Assembly (NCBI GenBank): GCA_937942165.1
Contig: CALDFW010000106.1
Coordinates: 1 to 61,554, forward strand
DNA length: 61,554 nucleotides
Direction of reading: 5' to 3'
Source of the DNA: an uncultured bacterium
GTDB taxonomy: Bacteria; Latescibacterota; UBA2968; UBA8231
Shown: positions 9,322-18,517 of the stretch, one piece after another
Position numbering within the stretch: position 1 is the stretch's first letter
Layout of the letters: each line of letters begins with the position of its first letter
The notes under the pieces: model-generated
What the model saw: only the letters and a program-made list of their open reading frames with translations
Database searches by the model: none
Told to the model about the DNA's origin: nothing
Made by a program: the position numbers and the translations under genes

Positions 9322-10326
9322 TCAGGGCAAACGGCGAAAGCGCGTATTAGATAGAAGAATCTCAGCTAAGAGAAGCAGCAAACCAGGCCAGAGAAAGTAG
9401 AAATAGCGCTCCGAGTACTCCACGTGTACTTCAGACGTAATTTCCGTTGTTTCCAGTTCGCCGATTTCTCGATAGATGGCTTCCAGCTTCTCTTCGCTCG
9501 TGGCTCGATAGTATTTCCCCCCCGTGCGCTGGGCAACCTCCCTTAGCGTCTCTTCATCAATTTCGACCTGAACCGTTTGGTATCTCGTGCCAAAGATCCC
9601 CTGCACGGGCCGGCGGATAGAACCATCACTTCCAACGCCAATCGTATAGACGCGCACCCCTACAGCCTGCGCCACGTCCGCCGCCGTAAGCGGCTCGATC
9701 TCCCCGGCGTTATTCACTCCGTCCGTTAGCAGTATAATCACCTGACTTCGCCCCTCCGACTCACGCAGGCGATTGGTCGCATTGATTAGTGCCATGCCGA
9801 TAGCCGTTCCGTCCCAGCTCTCGTCAGCAATCTGGACCCCCTGCAAGAAAGAAGTTAACACATCGTAGTCTAAGGTCAGCGGGCACTGCGTAAAGCTCTC
9901 CCCTGCGAAGACGACCATACCGATGCGATCGCTATAGCGCCCCCCAACAAAGTCGGACACGACCTCTTTGGCAACGGCTAGCCGACTGCGCTCCCCATTG
10001 TCCAAGTCGTTGAGCTCCATACTCGACGAAACGTCCAGCGTCAGCATGATATCAATACCTTCTGCCGACATCTCCCGCTTTTCACGTCCCGCCTGCGGGC
10101 GCGCCATAGCCACGATTAAGAGTCCCAACCCCAAAACTTTAAAAACGATGAGTAGATGACGTAGACGAACCCATATCGTGTTGCCCATCTGGCGAAGGCT
10201 TGCCAAGTCAGAAAACTGCACGCTTCCCTGGCGGCGGCGCCCCTGTACGATGTGCAGGTAGACCAAAAGCGGTAGCAAGAGCAGCAGCAGCAGCCACTCG
10301 GGGTTTTCAAAGCGCAGCGTCTGCAT
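9322..10326 (-). CDS. batA: BatA-like VWA membrane protein
   Basis: 334 aa. N-terminal TM helices (WLLLLLLLPLLVYL), a VWA/MIDAS domain (IMLTLDVSSSM ... VIILLTDGVNN), and a C-terminal TM helix. It is the first VWA gene of the Bat block. Confidence 0.8.
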   Translation of the reverse strand: MQTLRFENPEWLLLLLLLPLLVYLHIVQGRRRQGSVQFSDLASLRQMGNTIWVRLRHLLIVFKVLGLGLLIVAMARPQAGREKREMSAEGIDIMLTLDVSSSMELNDLDNGERSRLAVAKEVVSDFVGGRYSDRIGMVVFAGESFTQCPLTLDYDVLTSFLQGVQIADESWDGTAIGMALINATNRLRESEGRSQVIILLTDGVNNAGEIEPLTAADVAQAVGVRVYTIGVGSDGSIRRPVQGIFGTRYQTVQVEIDEETLREVAQRTGGKYYRATSEEKLEAIYREIGELETTEITSEVHVEYSERYFYFLWPGLLLLLAEILLSNTRFRRLP

Positions 10327-11260
10327 TCATCTCTCTATCCAGCTCGTCTTTTGCCGCCTGTTTTTCCCGATGATCTTCCAGCGCACGTAGGATCGCTACG
10401 CCCACTTCTGGCACGCGATGTGCGCTGTCTAACTCTGGATGGAATCGCGCAAACTTGACTAAATCAGCCGTGGATAAATACCCCAATACCTGGCGAATCA
10501 CTCCGTCGGGCACGCCTTTCTCACGCAGCGCTAAATCTAGTTCTGCTGTCGTTTTCTCCATGGCTTCAACAACGAGAGCCTCTTCGATATATCGCCGCAA
10601 ATTATCAGCTAAAAGAGAATAATACGCTTTGAATTCACCGCGCTCTAATAGCCCCAAGGAGGCAATGCGTTCAAACTCAGCAACATAATCAACTGGCTCA
10701 GGTTCGGGTACGCCCTCTGCCGCAGCCCAACGACGGCGACGGACCCAATAAGCAATGAACCACCCCAGAGCAAGCAGCGTCAGCAACGCCACCACGACTG
10801 CCATCCAGAGCGGAATACCCCCCTCGATAACGACGGGCGGCTTTATATCACGTAGCGCCTGATCTCCCTCTTCTAAGACGCTTATTACCCCAATACTCAG
10901 CCCACGCGCTACCGCGCTGAGCGTATCTCCACTCTCCCTAACGAAAACTACCTCTACATCGGGTATCGCCTGTTCACCGAGCTCGTAATAGCGGACAGTA
11001 CCGGTAAGCGTTACGTGCGTAAGACCGTCTATGACCTCAGGTCCTAACCGGCTCTCCGGACGATAAGACGCTGCACTCAGGAGGTTCTTCAGGTCAGGTT
11101 CATCCGGTTTAATATCAGAGGGAAATCCCATGACAAGGCGAAGATCAACCGGCTGTCCCAGCGTTACTTCTGTCGTATCAGCCTGCCAGTATGCCTCTAC
11201 CTGCCCCCAGGCGTTGGCAGTGCAGACCAAGATTAAACATAGGAACCGTGCAGACCACAT
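10307..11260 (-). CDS. Single-pass membrane protein, DUF4381/BatD-C-terminal-like
   Basis: 317 aa: signal peptide, beta-rich ectodomain, TM helix followed by WVRRRRW, and a helical tail. The tail (LALREKGVPDGVIRQVLGYLSTADLVKFARF) visibly matches the BatD tail (HALREKGLEEETIQSLREWLIRCDYARFA). The gene occupies the slot just upstream of batA. Confidence 0.5.
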   Translation of the reverse strand: MWSARFLCLILVCTANAWGQVEAYWQADTTEVTLGQPVDLRLVMGFPSDIKPDEPDLKNLLSAASYRPESRLGPEVIDGLTHVTLTGTVRYYELGEQAIPDVEVVFVRESGDTLSAVARGLSIGVISVLEEGDQALRDIKPPVVIEGGIPLWMAVVVALLTLLALGWFIAYWVRRRRWAAAEGVPEPEPVDYVAEFERIASLGLLERGEFKAYYSLLADNLRRYIEEALVVEAMEKTTAELDLALREKGVPDGVIRQVLGYLSTADLVKFARFHPELDSAHRVPEVGVAILRALEDHREKQAAKDELDREMNADAAL

Positions 11261-11263
11261 AGC

Positions 11264-12640
11264 CTACTCATCGACTCGGGTCGAATCTACGGCTTCGGGC
11301 ACCTGACGCACTTCGTCAAGCTCAAGATCGATATCCGCAAAGACGTCGGTATCTATCTTATAAGCATGGGGATCGCCGTCCTGCTCAAGATAAATCTCCC
11401 CGTCACGCAGAAAGAACTGCGCATAATTTACGGACTGGCCGCCTTCCATAAGCCGCACGCTCAGAGGAGGCTCTCCCCCTTGAGCCGTTGAAAAATCTAT
11501 CGCTTCGAGGCTCTCTAGATCCGTCAGTAGTGCGTTAAGTTTCCACGACTTTGTCTGCTGTCCAGGGGGATCTTGTATATTCCAAACGCCCGATGAATCC
11601 TTTTCGGCTGCAAAGATTAGCACTGGGCCGCGACGGTATTCCATTCGATCTATCCCATCGCGATCTATCCTCAGTGGCTTCCTATCGCGCAGTTGAGCCG
11701 CGTCTTGCGACAGCCTGTGCACCAGCGTCGAATCAATCAGGAAGACCTGAGGCCTACTCTCTTCGCGAGCATAGTAGCGTCCCTCTTCGTCTTCGCGCCC
11801 TATGGATAAACGCCTTTCTCGACGGTCTTGACCGAATGTGAAGGACCACTGCACTGCGCCAGATCCAAAGCCGTATGCTGCCAGCGCTTCTCCGCTGGGC
11901 GCTTCGTCTACGAAAGCGCTTATTTCGCTCGACTCAATCTTGGCAAGTACCCCGTCAACGGCTTCGGAAGAAGCACGCGCAACAATCGGCTCTTGCATCA
12001 GCCACTCTGGCCCCTCTTTGCGAAGAGAGACTGGCCCAGCACTGCCCGTGCGCGCGGCCTCGATGATCTCACTCTTTGGGAAGGCCAAGACGCGTCGATC
12101 TCGCAGATCAAAAACGCTTTTGTCGAGGTTGTCATAGCGCCAAGCCCGAACCACGAAAATCTCCGGATTGCTTCCGCTCTCTTGCACATAGGTATATCGA
12201 TCGGTAGGCGCGTCGGTGCCAAAAAAGAGCGTGTCCAACGTGCCCTCTTCCGTCTCAATTGAGACCTTTAGACGCGGCCGATCCAAACCGTAGCGAGCGG
12301 CCGTCTCCGCAGAGAGGGCGTCTGCACTATCAACAACCACCTTTTCTCGCTCTGATTCAGCAATGTTGCGTAAGTATCGCTCAACCGCTTCACCGTCGGC
12401 ACCGTCCTCTACAGGCAGCACAATACGCCACTGGCTTCCCTCCGTGCGCTCTACTTCGATGCCGCCCTCAGGCCGGATTAGAGAGAGCCGTTTCACCTCT
12501 GACTCTTTAAAGTCAACCAGCTGCTTTGAACGCTCTGCCGCCTGGCGCCGCTCCTGTCCCCCCTTTATTTCATGGAAGTAGACAAAAGTCAGTAGAAGCG
12601 CGAATATCGCACCGACAATTACGTTAGTTTTCAGCTTCAT
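11264..12640 (-). CDS. DUF4340-like N-terminally anchored protein (usual partner of GldG-type ABC auxiliary proteins)
   Basis: 458 aa. One N-terminal TM helix (NVIVGAIFALLLTFVYF), then a long soluble repeat-like region. Its ATG overlaps the stop of the GldG fusion as ATGA (12637-12640). The family call rests on architecture and position only. Confidence 0.45.
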   Translation of the reverse strand: MKLKTNVIVGAIFALLLTFVYFHEIKGGQERRQAAERSKQLVDFKESEVKRLSLIRPEGGIEVERTEGSQWRIVLPVEDGADGEAVERYLRNIAESEREKVVVDSADALSAETAARYGLDRPRLKVSIETEEGTLDTLFFGTDAPTDRYTYVQESGSNPEIFVVRAWRYDNLDKSVFDLRDRRVLAFPKSEIIEAARTGSAGPVSLRKEGPEWLMQEPIVARASSEAVDGVLAKIESSEISAFVDEAPSGEALAAYGFGSGAVQWSFTFGQDRRERRLSIGREDEEGRYYAREESRPQVFLIDSTLVHRLSQDAAQLRDRKPLRIDRDGIDRMEYRRGPVLIFAAEKDSSGVWNIQDPPGQQTKSWKLNALLTDLESLEAIDFSTAQGGEPPLSVRLMEGGQSVNYAQFFLRDGEIYLEQDGDPHAYKIDTDVFADIDLELDEVRQVPEAVDSTRVDE

Positions 12641-15600
12641 GCTGTTTCTCTCCCGACTTCAAAGACTCGGCGGATCCACACCAAGAGGGCAACATTGGTT
12701 ATAAAAGCAGCGGCGTAAAGCAGTTGGATCGTTTCGTTGGGAATAACCCAGAAGCTGCCCAAAGCACTCAACAATGCTACTGTAATTGAAGGCAGCCAAG
12801 CCCACGCAGCGCGCCGATGTAAACCATAGGCCACGGCACCGCTGAGCAGTCCCATAATCAGATTGACTTGTCCCTCGAGTCCTTTGGCCTCACTCAGCGC
12901 AACGGTCGCTGAAATCATCAGAAAGACCGCATTGGATGCAAACGAGTAGATCAGCCACGCAATAAAACCATCTTTGTAATTCTGATAGCCCCGCTTAAGG
13001 ACCATTACGAGACCGGAAAGAGCAACTGCGAAAGGAAGCACAAAGACCGAAACCCATAGCACAACTGAGCCCTGATTTCCAATCAGATTGATGGGATTAT
13101 GAGCAGGACGACGATCTGCAATTTGCAGCCGGTCTTCGTCTTCAGTTAGCCATTCCACGCTGTTGGCGACCAAGGCTCCATTGGCCTGCTGAGAGAAGTA
13201 TTCATTAGAGGCAAAATCCGCATCGCCAAATACGACGATGCGCACCTGCCCTTCTGATGTTAGGCTTGTATCGGGCTCGGCCTGCACGGCTACCGCCAGC
13301 GAAACTGGTCCCCGCAGGTCCACTTCGGGATCGAATTCGACCTGTCCGCCCTCTCCCGTAACGGGCGACAGATCGCGCTCCCCCCAACTGCTCTGGTGAG
13401 TGAGGGCCAGCGCCGCAATCTGCGGACTTTTCAATCGATGACTGGCTGGACGCACCGAACGCGCGAGTGGAAAAAAGCTCATAGTCCCGGAGGAAAGCCG
13501 CTCCGAAATAGGGTGGTCTCCATAGTTGATCACCACCGGGACCGACACGTCCGCGCCAAATAGCTGTCCCAATCCACTCAGATCAACGACAAAGTCCTGT
13601 CCAAGCTCAATGGAGTACGCGTCGAGCAGGGCCTCTAAACCCGTTGGCGCACCTGGGTCTAGCAGGAACAGCGCGCGGCCACCGCCGTCCAAATAGAGCT
13701 CTAAGACTTCAGCATCCGCCGCCGAAAAGCGCTCTTTGGGAGCAAGCACGACCAGCAAGGATGCGTCGTCTGGCACTCCGTCCTTCAGTTCGAGTCCGCC
13801 CAACACTTCAAAGTTGAGTTCCCGCAGGCGGCCTTTTAAGAGCGAGTAGCCCTTGCCATCGACCTGATCGAGTTCGGCCTCGCCGTGCCCCGTAGTGAAA
13901 TAAGCTTTCATATCGCGAGCCCGCAGGGCTTTGAGGATTGCATTGCTCAGCGCCTCTTCGCTCATCTGCATAATCCGCTCGCTGCGCACCTGCCCATCAC
14001 CGCGCACCTCGACAATCGACGTACCCCGTTCGCGAATATTGTTTTGCTCAACTTGAAGCGCATTTTTTTGCGGGTCGACCAGTTCGTATTCAAAATGGTC
14101 CGATTGGTGGTTGTACTCTTTCATGAGATCTTGAAAGCGCATACCCTCCATTTCGCTCATAAACGTCTTCACCTCAACGAATTGCCCTTCTTCCTCCACG
14201 GTGCGCATAAGGCGCTTGCTGTCATCAGACAGCGTGAAGAGCGCATCCGCCGTCATATCGTGACGAAAGTTGTACCGGTCTCCCAGAAAGTTCAGAAGCG
14301 CGGCAATGCCGAGCGAGAGAACAATGCCCAGGCCTGCGCCCGCGAGCTCTGTTACGCTCCATCGCCCCTTGCGGGAAACGACGAGTAAACCAACAAAGGC
14401 TATAGACAGCGGATAGAGCACCACGCTAATCCAAAAGATCCACTCGCCTTGACTGTCGGTAAGCGCAATCGGATTGTAGCCGGCTTGGCGCGGACGAATC
14501 GATATCAGACTCTCATCCTCCGCTAGCCAACTGAGGGCATTCAGCGCTAGATCGCCATTGCCTTGGTAGTCAAAATATTGGTTGGTTGCAAAATCGGAGT
14601 CACCAAATACAACCAGACGTCCACTCTCTCCCTCAACCGCTACGGCGAGAGAAATGGGACCCGGCGTATCCACGCCTTCGTCGAGTTTGACCGTACTGTC
14701 ACCATCTCCCTGCAAAACGCGCAGATCTTTCTCCGCCCACCCTGCCTCAGAGGTCAGGGCCAGTGCTTCCCCTTGAAATCCGGGTCCTGCCGCATCGCTA
14801 CTAAAGCCAACAGAGCGACCTAGCTGGTAGAAGGTCATAACGCCCCTGTGCTTGCGCGTTATGGGATGGTCTCCATAAGAGACAGAAACGGGCGTTGTGA
14901 AATCGAGCCCAAATAGCGATCCAATACCGCTGGTATCGATGACGAAATCATCGCCAAGAGAGACCCCCCACTCTGACAAGAGGCCTTCTAACCCACTTTC
15001 GGATAGTGGATCGAGCAGGGCTAATACAGAGCCACCTTCCCGCAGATAGGCTCTCAACGCCGCCACTTCAGTGGGTAAGAACGGAGTGCGCGGACCCGCA
15101 ATAACAAGGACGGCACAGTCGCGGGGAACGCGCTCCGCGCGCGCGAGGAAGAGTGAATCGTCAATCGCGTAGTCGACTTCCTGTAAACGCTCTTTCAGCA
15201 TTCCCAAACCGGCTGGGCCATTGCTGGGATCACGCTCACCGTGCCCCACACTCAGGTACACCTTGTCCTGACGCTCGCGAGTCACTTTGAGCAGCGCATT
15301 TGTTATTTCGCGCTCTTCTAACTCAGTGATTTGCTGCTCTTTATCCCCGCTCTTTATCAACAGCGTATTGTAGCGTCTGATGCCATTTTCTTCAGTGCGG
15401 ACCGGATCTCGATCGGGATCAATCATCTCAAAACTGAAACGACTGCCGCGATTGCTAAACTCAGCCAGCAACAGCTCCAAGTCCGCGTTCTCTCCACCGT
15501 CTATAAAGGCAAGTGCTTCGACGTCGCGATCGAGATTCTGTAGAGTTTCTATCGTCAAATCAGACAGACTGTGCAGCTGTCCCTCCGTCAGATCTAATCG

Positions 15601-15861
15601 CTCTGCGTAGCGGTTGCTGAGAAAATTGATCATTGCCACAATGCCAAAGACCATGATACCTCCCCAAAACGCATTGAGCCAGCGACCGTATTGCCGAAAT
15701 AAATCTGCGTTTATAAAGCCGGCACTCACGACGAGCAACAGACCAACTGCGGCATTTACCAAGCCCGTTGAGCCCGTATCAGGTGAGATTAGATAGGCTA
15801 ACCCACCGACGATGATTAACGCGGCCCCAACGAGACTAATAGGAATGGCGTAGTCCTTCAT
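12637..15861 (-). CDS. Tandem-duplicated GldG-like ABC-transport auxiliary protein (two ABC_transp_aux modules plus an extra C-terminal membrane domain)
   Basis: 1074 aa. Module 1 (about aa 65-497) and module 2 (about aa 505-957) share colinear motifs. These are VYLSVGHGERDP / AYFTTGHGEAEL; VLVIAGPRTPF...YLREGGSVLALLDP / LLVVLAPKERF...YLDGGGRALFLLDP; YGDHPITRK / YGDHPISER; VVFGDSDFATNQYF / VVFGDADFASNEYF; and LSWLAEDESLISIRPRQAGYNPI / VEWLTEDEDRLQIADRRPAHNPI. Each module ends in a TM helix. Residues 958-1074 add about 4 more TM helices. Confidence 0.75.
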   Translation of the reverse strand: MKDYAIPISLVGAALIIVGGLAYLISPDTGSTGLVNAAVGLLLVVSAGFINADLFRQYGRWLNAFWGGIMVFGIVAMINFLSNRYAERLDLTEGQLHSLSDLTIETLQNLDRDVEALAFIDGGENADLELLLAEFSNRGSRFSFEMIDPDRDPVRTEENGIRRYNTLLIKSGDKEQQITELEEREITNALLKVTRERQDKVYLSVGHGERDPSNGPAGLGMLKERLQEVDYAIDDSLFLARAERVPRDCAVLVIAGPRTPFLPTEVAALRAYLREGGSVLALLDPLSESGLEGLLSEWGVSLGDDFVIDTSGIGSLFGLDFTTPVSVSYGDHPITRKHRGVMTFYQLGRSVGFSSDAAGPGFQGEALALTSEAGWAEKDLRVLQGDGDSTVKLDEGVDTPGPISLAVAVEGESGRLVVFGDSDFATNQYFDYQGNGDLALNALSWLAEDESLISIRPRQAGYNPIALTDSQGEWIFWISVVLYPLSIAFVGLLVVSRKGRWSVTELAGAGLGIVLSLGIAALLNFLGDRYNFRHDMTADALFTLSDDSKRLMRTVEEEGQFVEVKTFMSEMEGMRFQDLMKEYNHQSDHFEYELVDPQKNALQVEQNNIRERGTSIVEVRGDGQVRSERIMQMSEEALSNAILKALRARDMKAYFTTGHGEAELDQVDGKGYSLLKGRLRELNFEVLGGLELKDGVPDDASLLVVLAPKERFSAADAEVLELYLDGGGRALFLLDPGAPTGLEALLDAYSIELGQDFVVDLSGLGQLFGADVSVPVVINYGDHPISERLSSGTMSFFPLARSVRPASHRLKSPQIAALALTHQSSWGERDLSPVTGEGGQVEFDPEVDLRGPVSLAVAVQAEPDTSLTSEGQVRIVVFGDADFASNEYFSQQANGALVANSVEWLTEDEDRLQIADRRPAHNPINLIGNQGSVVLWVSVFVLPFAVALSGLVMVLKRGYQNYKDGFIAWLIYSFASNAVFLMISATVALSEAKGLEGQVNLIMGLLSGAVAYGLHRRAAWAWLPSITVALLSALGSFWVIPNETIQLLYAAAFITNVALLVWIRRVFEVGRETA

Positions 15862-15862
15862 C

Positions 15863-16645
15863 TTACCGCCTCCAGCGCCGAGACTCGATAACCCGCGTAG
15901 TCAGAAATAGGCAGAAAAAGGTAAAGCTCAGATAGAAAACCACATCGCGACTATCAATGACGCCACGCTGAAAGTCTTCGAGGTGCTCTATAAAAGAGAC
16001 GTATTGTAAGATCTTAGCCGCCGTTGGCCCAGCAAAGCTGGCGGACCAATCAATAAGCCAAAACATCAACAGTATGCCGAAAGAGAGTAGGACAGCTACA
16101 ATCTGATTTTCCGTCAGTGCAGAAGCTAGGATTCCAACAGAAATAAAAGTCGCACCGAGAAATAGGTAGCCGAGATAGCCCGAGAAAATGGGACCCCAGT
16201 CTGGAGACCCATACGCTTCGAGAATTAAGAAGTACACCATTGTCAGGCTCACGATAATTGCGTAGAGCGAAAAGCAGGCAAAAAACTTACCCAAAAGAAC
16301 CTGAACAGAGCTAATAGGTGAGGTCATTAGCAGTTCGATCGTGCCCGTTTTCTTTTCTTCGGCGTACAGGCGCATCGTCAACATGGGAACGATGAGCAAC
16401 CAGATAAAATCCATTACTGCAAAAAACTGAGTTACAACCATTTCGTTGAGGTTGAGTGCTGGCATTCCTCCGCCCATCTGCTGGGCACGTTGGCCAAGCT
16501 GTAGGCAGATCATATTAAATTGCATGAGAATGCTGCGGAACAAATACCCGGACAGAAAGAGAAACACACCGGCGATAACATAGGCCACCGGCGAGACGAA
16601 ATAGGAACGCATCTCCTTTGAATAAACCGCTAAAAAGTTGCCCAT
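15863..16645 (-). CDS. ABC-2 type transporter permease (GldF/NosY-like)
   Basis: 260 aa, about 6 TM helices. N-terminus MGNFLAVYSKEMRSYFVSPVAYVIAGVFLFLSG is typical of ABC-2 permeases. Its start overlaps the ATPase stop by 1 nt (TAATG at 16645). Confidence 0.8.
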   Translation of the reverse strand: MGNFLAVYSKEMRSYFVSPVAYVIAGVFLFLSGYLFRSILMQFNMICLQLGQRAQQMGGGMPALNLNEMVVTQFFAVMDFIWLLIVPMLTMRLYAEEKKTGTIELLMTSPISSVQVLLGKFFACFSLYAIIVSLTMVYFLILEAYGSPDWGPIFSGYLGYLFLGATFISVGILASALTENQIVAVLLSFGILLMFWLIDWSASFAGPTAAKILQYVSFIEHLEDFQRGVIDSRDVVFYLSFTFFCLFLTTRVIESRRWRR

Positions 16646-17586
16646 TATGCTTTCACCTCCTCTGTCGTCAAACGCAAGAATATATCTTCAAGCGTCATAT
16701 CGAGTCCGCGCAGTTCGCGCAGCGCATATCCTCCGTCGACAATTTGCCGCGCTAAGCTATCCCGCACGTCCGTGCCCGGCGTGCTGGTTATGATAAAGAC
16801 GCCATCTTCCTCTCCACCACTCTCGACGGCTACATCTATCACGCCATCCATTGCCCGAATCATAGACAAGACCTCTTGGCCAGGTCCACCAATCGAAGCG
16901 CGTAGCACTTCGCCCTCTTTAAGCTGGGCAATTAGGCTTTCCGGCGTCCCCTCTCCGGCTATACGTCCGCCATTTATAATGACAATCTTTTCACATGTCA
17001 TACTCACTTCAGGTAATATATGCGTGCTTAGGATAACCGTATGGTCACCCGCCAACCCTTTAATTACCTCGCGAATTTCGATGATTTGTTTGGGATCTAG
17101 TCCTACGGTAGGCTCGTCAAGAATAAGCACATCAGGACTATGAACGAGCGCTTGGGCCAACCCAACGCGCTGCTTGTAGCCTTTGGAGAGATGGCTTATA
17201 ACGGTATTCTGATGGTGAGCGATTCCCGTTTTTTCCATCGTATCATCAATGCGGCCGTTGAGTTGTGGACCCGTCACCCCTTTAATTCTGGCGACAAAGC
17301 GCAGGTAAGCACGGACGGTCATATCCAGATAAAGCGGAGGCGTTTCAGGCAGGTAGCCAATGCGTTTCCGGACCTCCATGGACTCTTCAACGACGTCAAA
17401 CCCCGCAACGGTGGCCTGGCCACCGCTCGGCGGTAAATAGCATGTTAACATTCGCATCGTCGTTGTCTTGCCGGCTCCATTGGGGCCGAGAAATCCGAGT
17501 ATCGTTCCCTTTCCCACGGCAAAGGATACCCCTTCTACGGCTACAACCTCACCATAACTTTTCGAAAGCTCGTTGACTTCTATCAC
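16645..17586 (-). CDS. ABC transporter ATP-binding protein (GldA-like)
   Basis: 313 aa. Walker A GPNGAGKTT, signature LSKGYKQR, Walker B VLILDEPTVGLD. Confidence 0.92.
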   Translation of the reverse strand: MIEVNELSKSYGEVVAVEGVSFAVGKGTILGFLGPNGAGKTTTMRMLTCYLPPSGGQATVAGFDVVEESMEVRKRIGYLPETPPLYLDMTVRAYLRFVARIKGVTGPQLNGRIDDTMEKTGIAHHQNTVISHLSKGYKQRVGLAQALVHSPDVLILDEPTVGLDPKQIIEIREVIKGLAGDHTVILSTHILPEVSMTCEKIVIINGGRIAGEGTPESLIAQLKEGEVLRASIGGPGQEVLSMIRAMDGVIDVAVESGGEEDGVFIITSTPGTDVRDSLARQIVDGGYALRELRGLDMTLEDIFLRLTTEEVKA

Positions 17587-17628
17587 CGAACACCCTCCTT
17601 GACTGACATACTCAGTTGGCTAATCTCT

Positions 17629-18507
17629 CTATCCGCGTCTCCGCACGCGCGCATGAAACAGGCGCACAAGTGGATCCACATATGATTTCGTTATATCTAT
17701 GGAGACCTCATCGACCCCGTTGTGAAGAAATAGCGCGCGCCTCCGTTCGTCTTCTTGTTCTTGCTGACGAGCAAAGTAGGCACGGACTTCCTGACGGCCG
17801 CTGTCGACCAAAAACTGTTCCCCTGTCTCTGCGTCCTGTAAGTTGATAAAGCCCACGTCGGGCAATGCGCGTTCTCTCGGGTCAAAGAGCGACACCGCCA
17901 CCAGGTCATGCCGGCGCCTCATAAGCTGAAGAGAGCGCTCATAATGCTCATCAATAAAGTCTGATATGAGGAAAACAACGCTGCGACGATGTAGGACCTT
18001 TTCCAAATAATCGAGCGCGTTTGTAATGGATGTTCGCTTGCCCTGAGGCTGGAAATACAGCAGTTCTCGAATAACGCGTAGAACGTGCTTGCGACCTTTT
18101 TTCGGAGGAACAAAAACCTCCACCACATCTGTGAAAATCAGTAAACCAACGCGATCGTTATTCTTTATAGCGGCGAATGCCAAAAGCGCCGATATCTCGA
18201 CTCCCACCTCTCCTTTCATCTGCCGCACAGATCCGAAAGCACCAGAAGCGCTTGCATCTACGAGCAGCATGACGGTCTGTTCGCGCTCTTCGTCGAATAC
18301 TTTCACATACGGAGAACCCGTCCGCGCCGTAACGTTCCAATCAATGGTGCGCACATCATCTCCGCGGAGATATTCACGCACTTCGGCAAACTCCATTCCG
18401 CGTCCCTTAAATGCGGAGTGGTACTCTCCTGCGAAAAGATCGTTTACAACGTTGCGCGATCGAATTTCGATCAGGCGCACTTTTTCTAATATTTCCTTGG
18501 GAATCAC
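17629..18507 (-). CDS. DUF58-family protein (MoxR-associated, VWA-like)
   Basis: 292 aa. Hallmark segment VREYLRGDDVRTIDWNVTARTGSPYVKVFDEEREQTVMLLVDASASG. It starts 10 nt downstream of moxR. Confidence 0.85.
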   Translation of the reverse strand: MIPKEILEKVRLIEIRSRNVVNDLFAGEYHSAFKGRGMEFAEVREYLRGDDVRTIDWNVTARTGSPYVKVFDEEREQTVMLLVDASASGAFGSVRQMKGEVGVEISALLAFAAIKNNDRVGLLIFTDVVEVFVPPKKGRKHVLRVIRELLYFQPQGKRTSITNALDYLEKVLHRRSVVFLISDFIDEHYERSLQLMRRRHDLVAVSLFDPRERALPDVGFINLQDAETGEQFLVDSGRQEVRAYFARQQEQEDERRRALFLHNGVDEVSIDITKSYVDPLVRLFHARVRRRG

Positions 18508-18517
18508 GATAGCGCTC

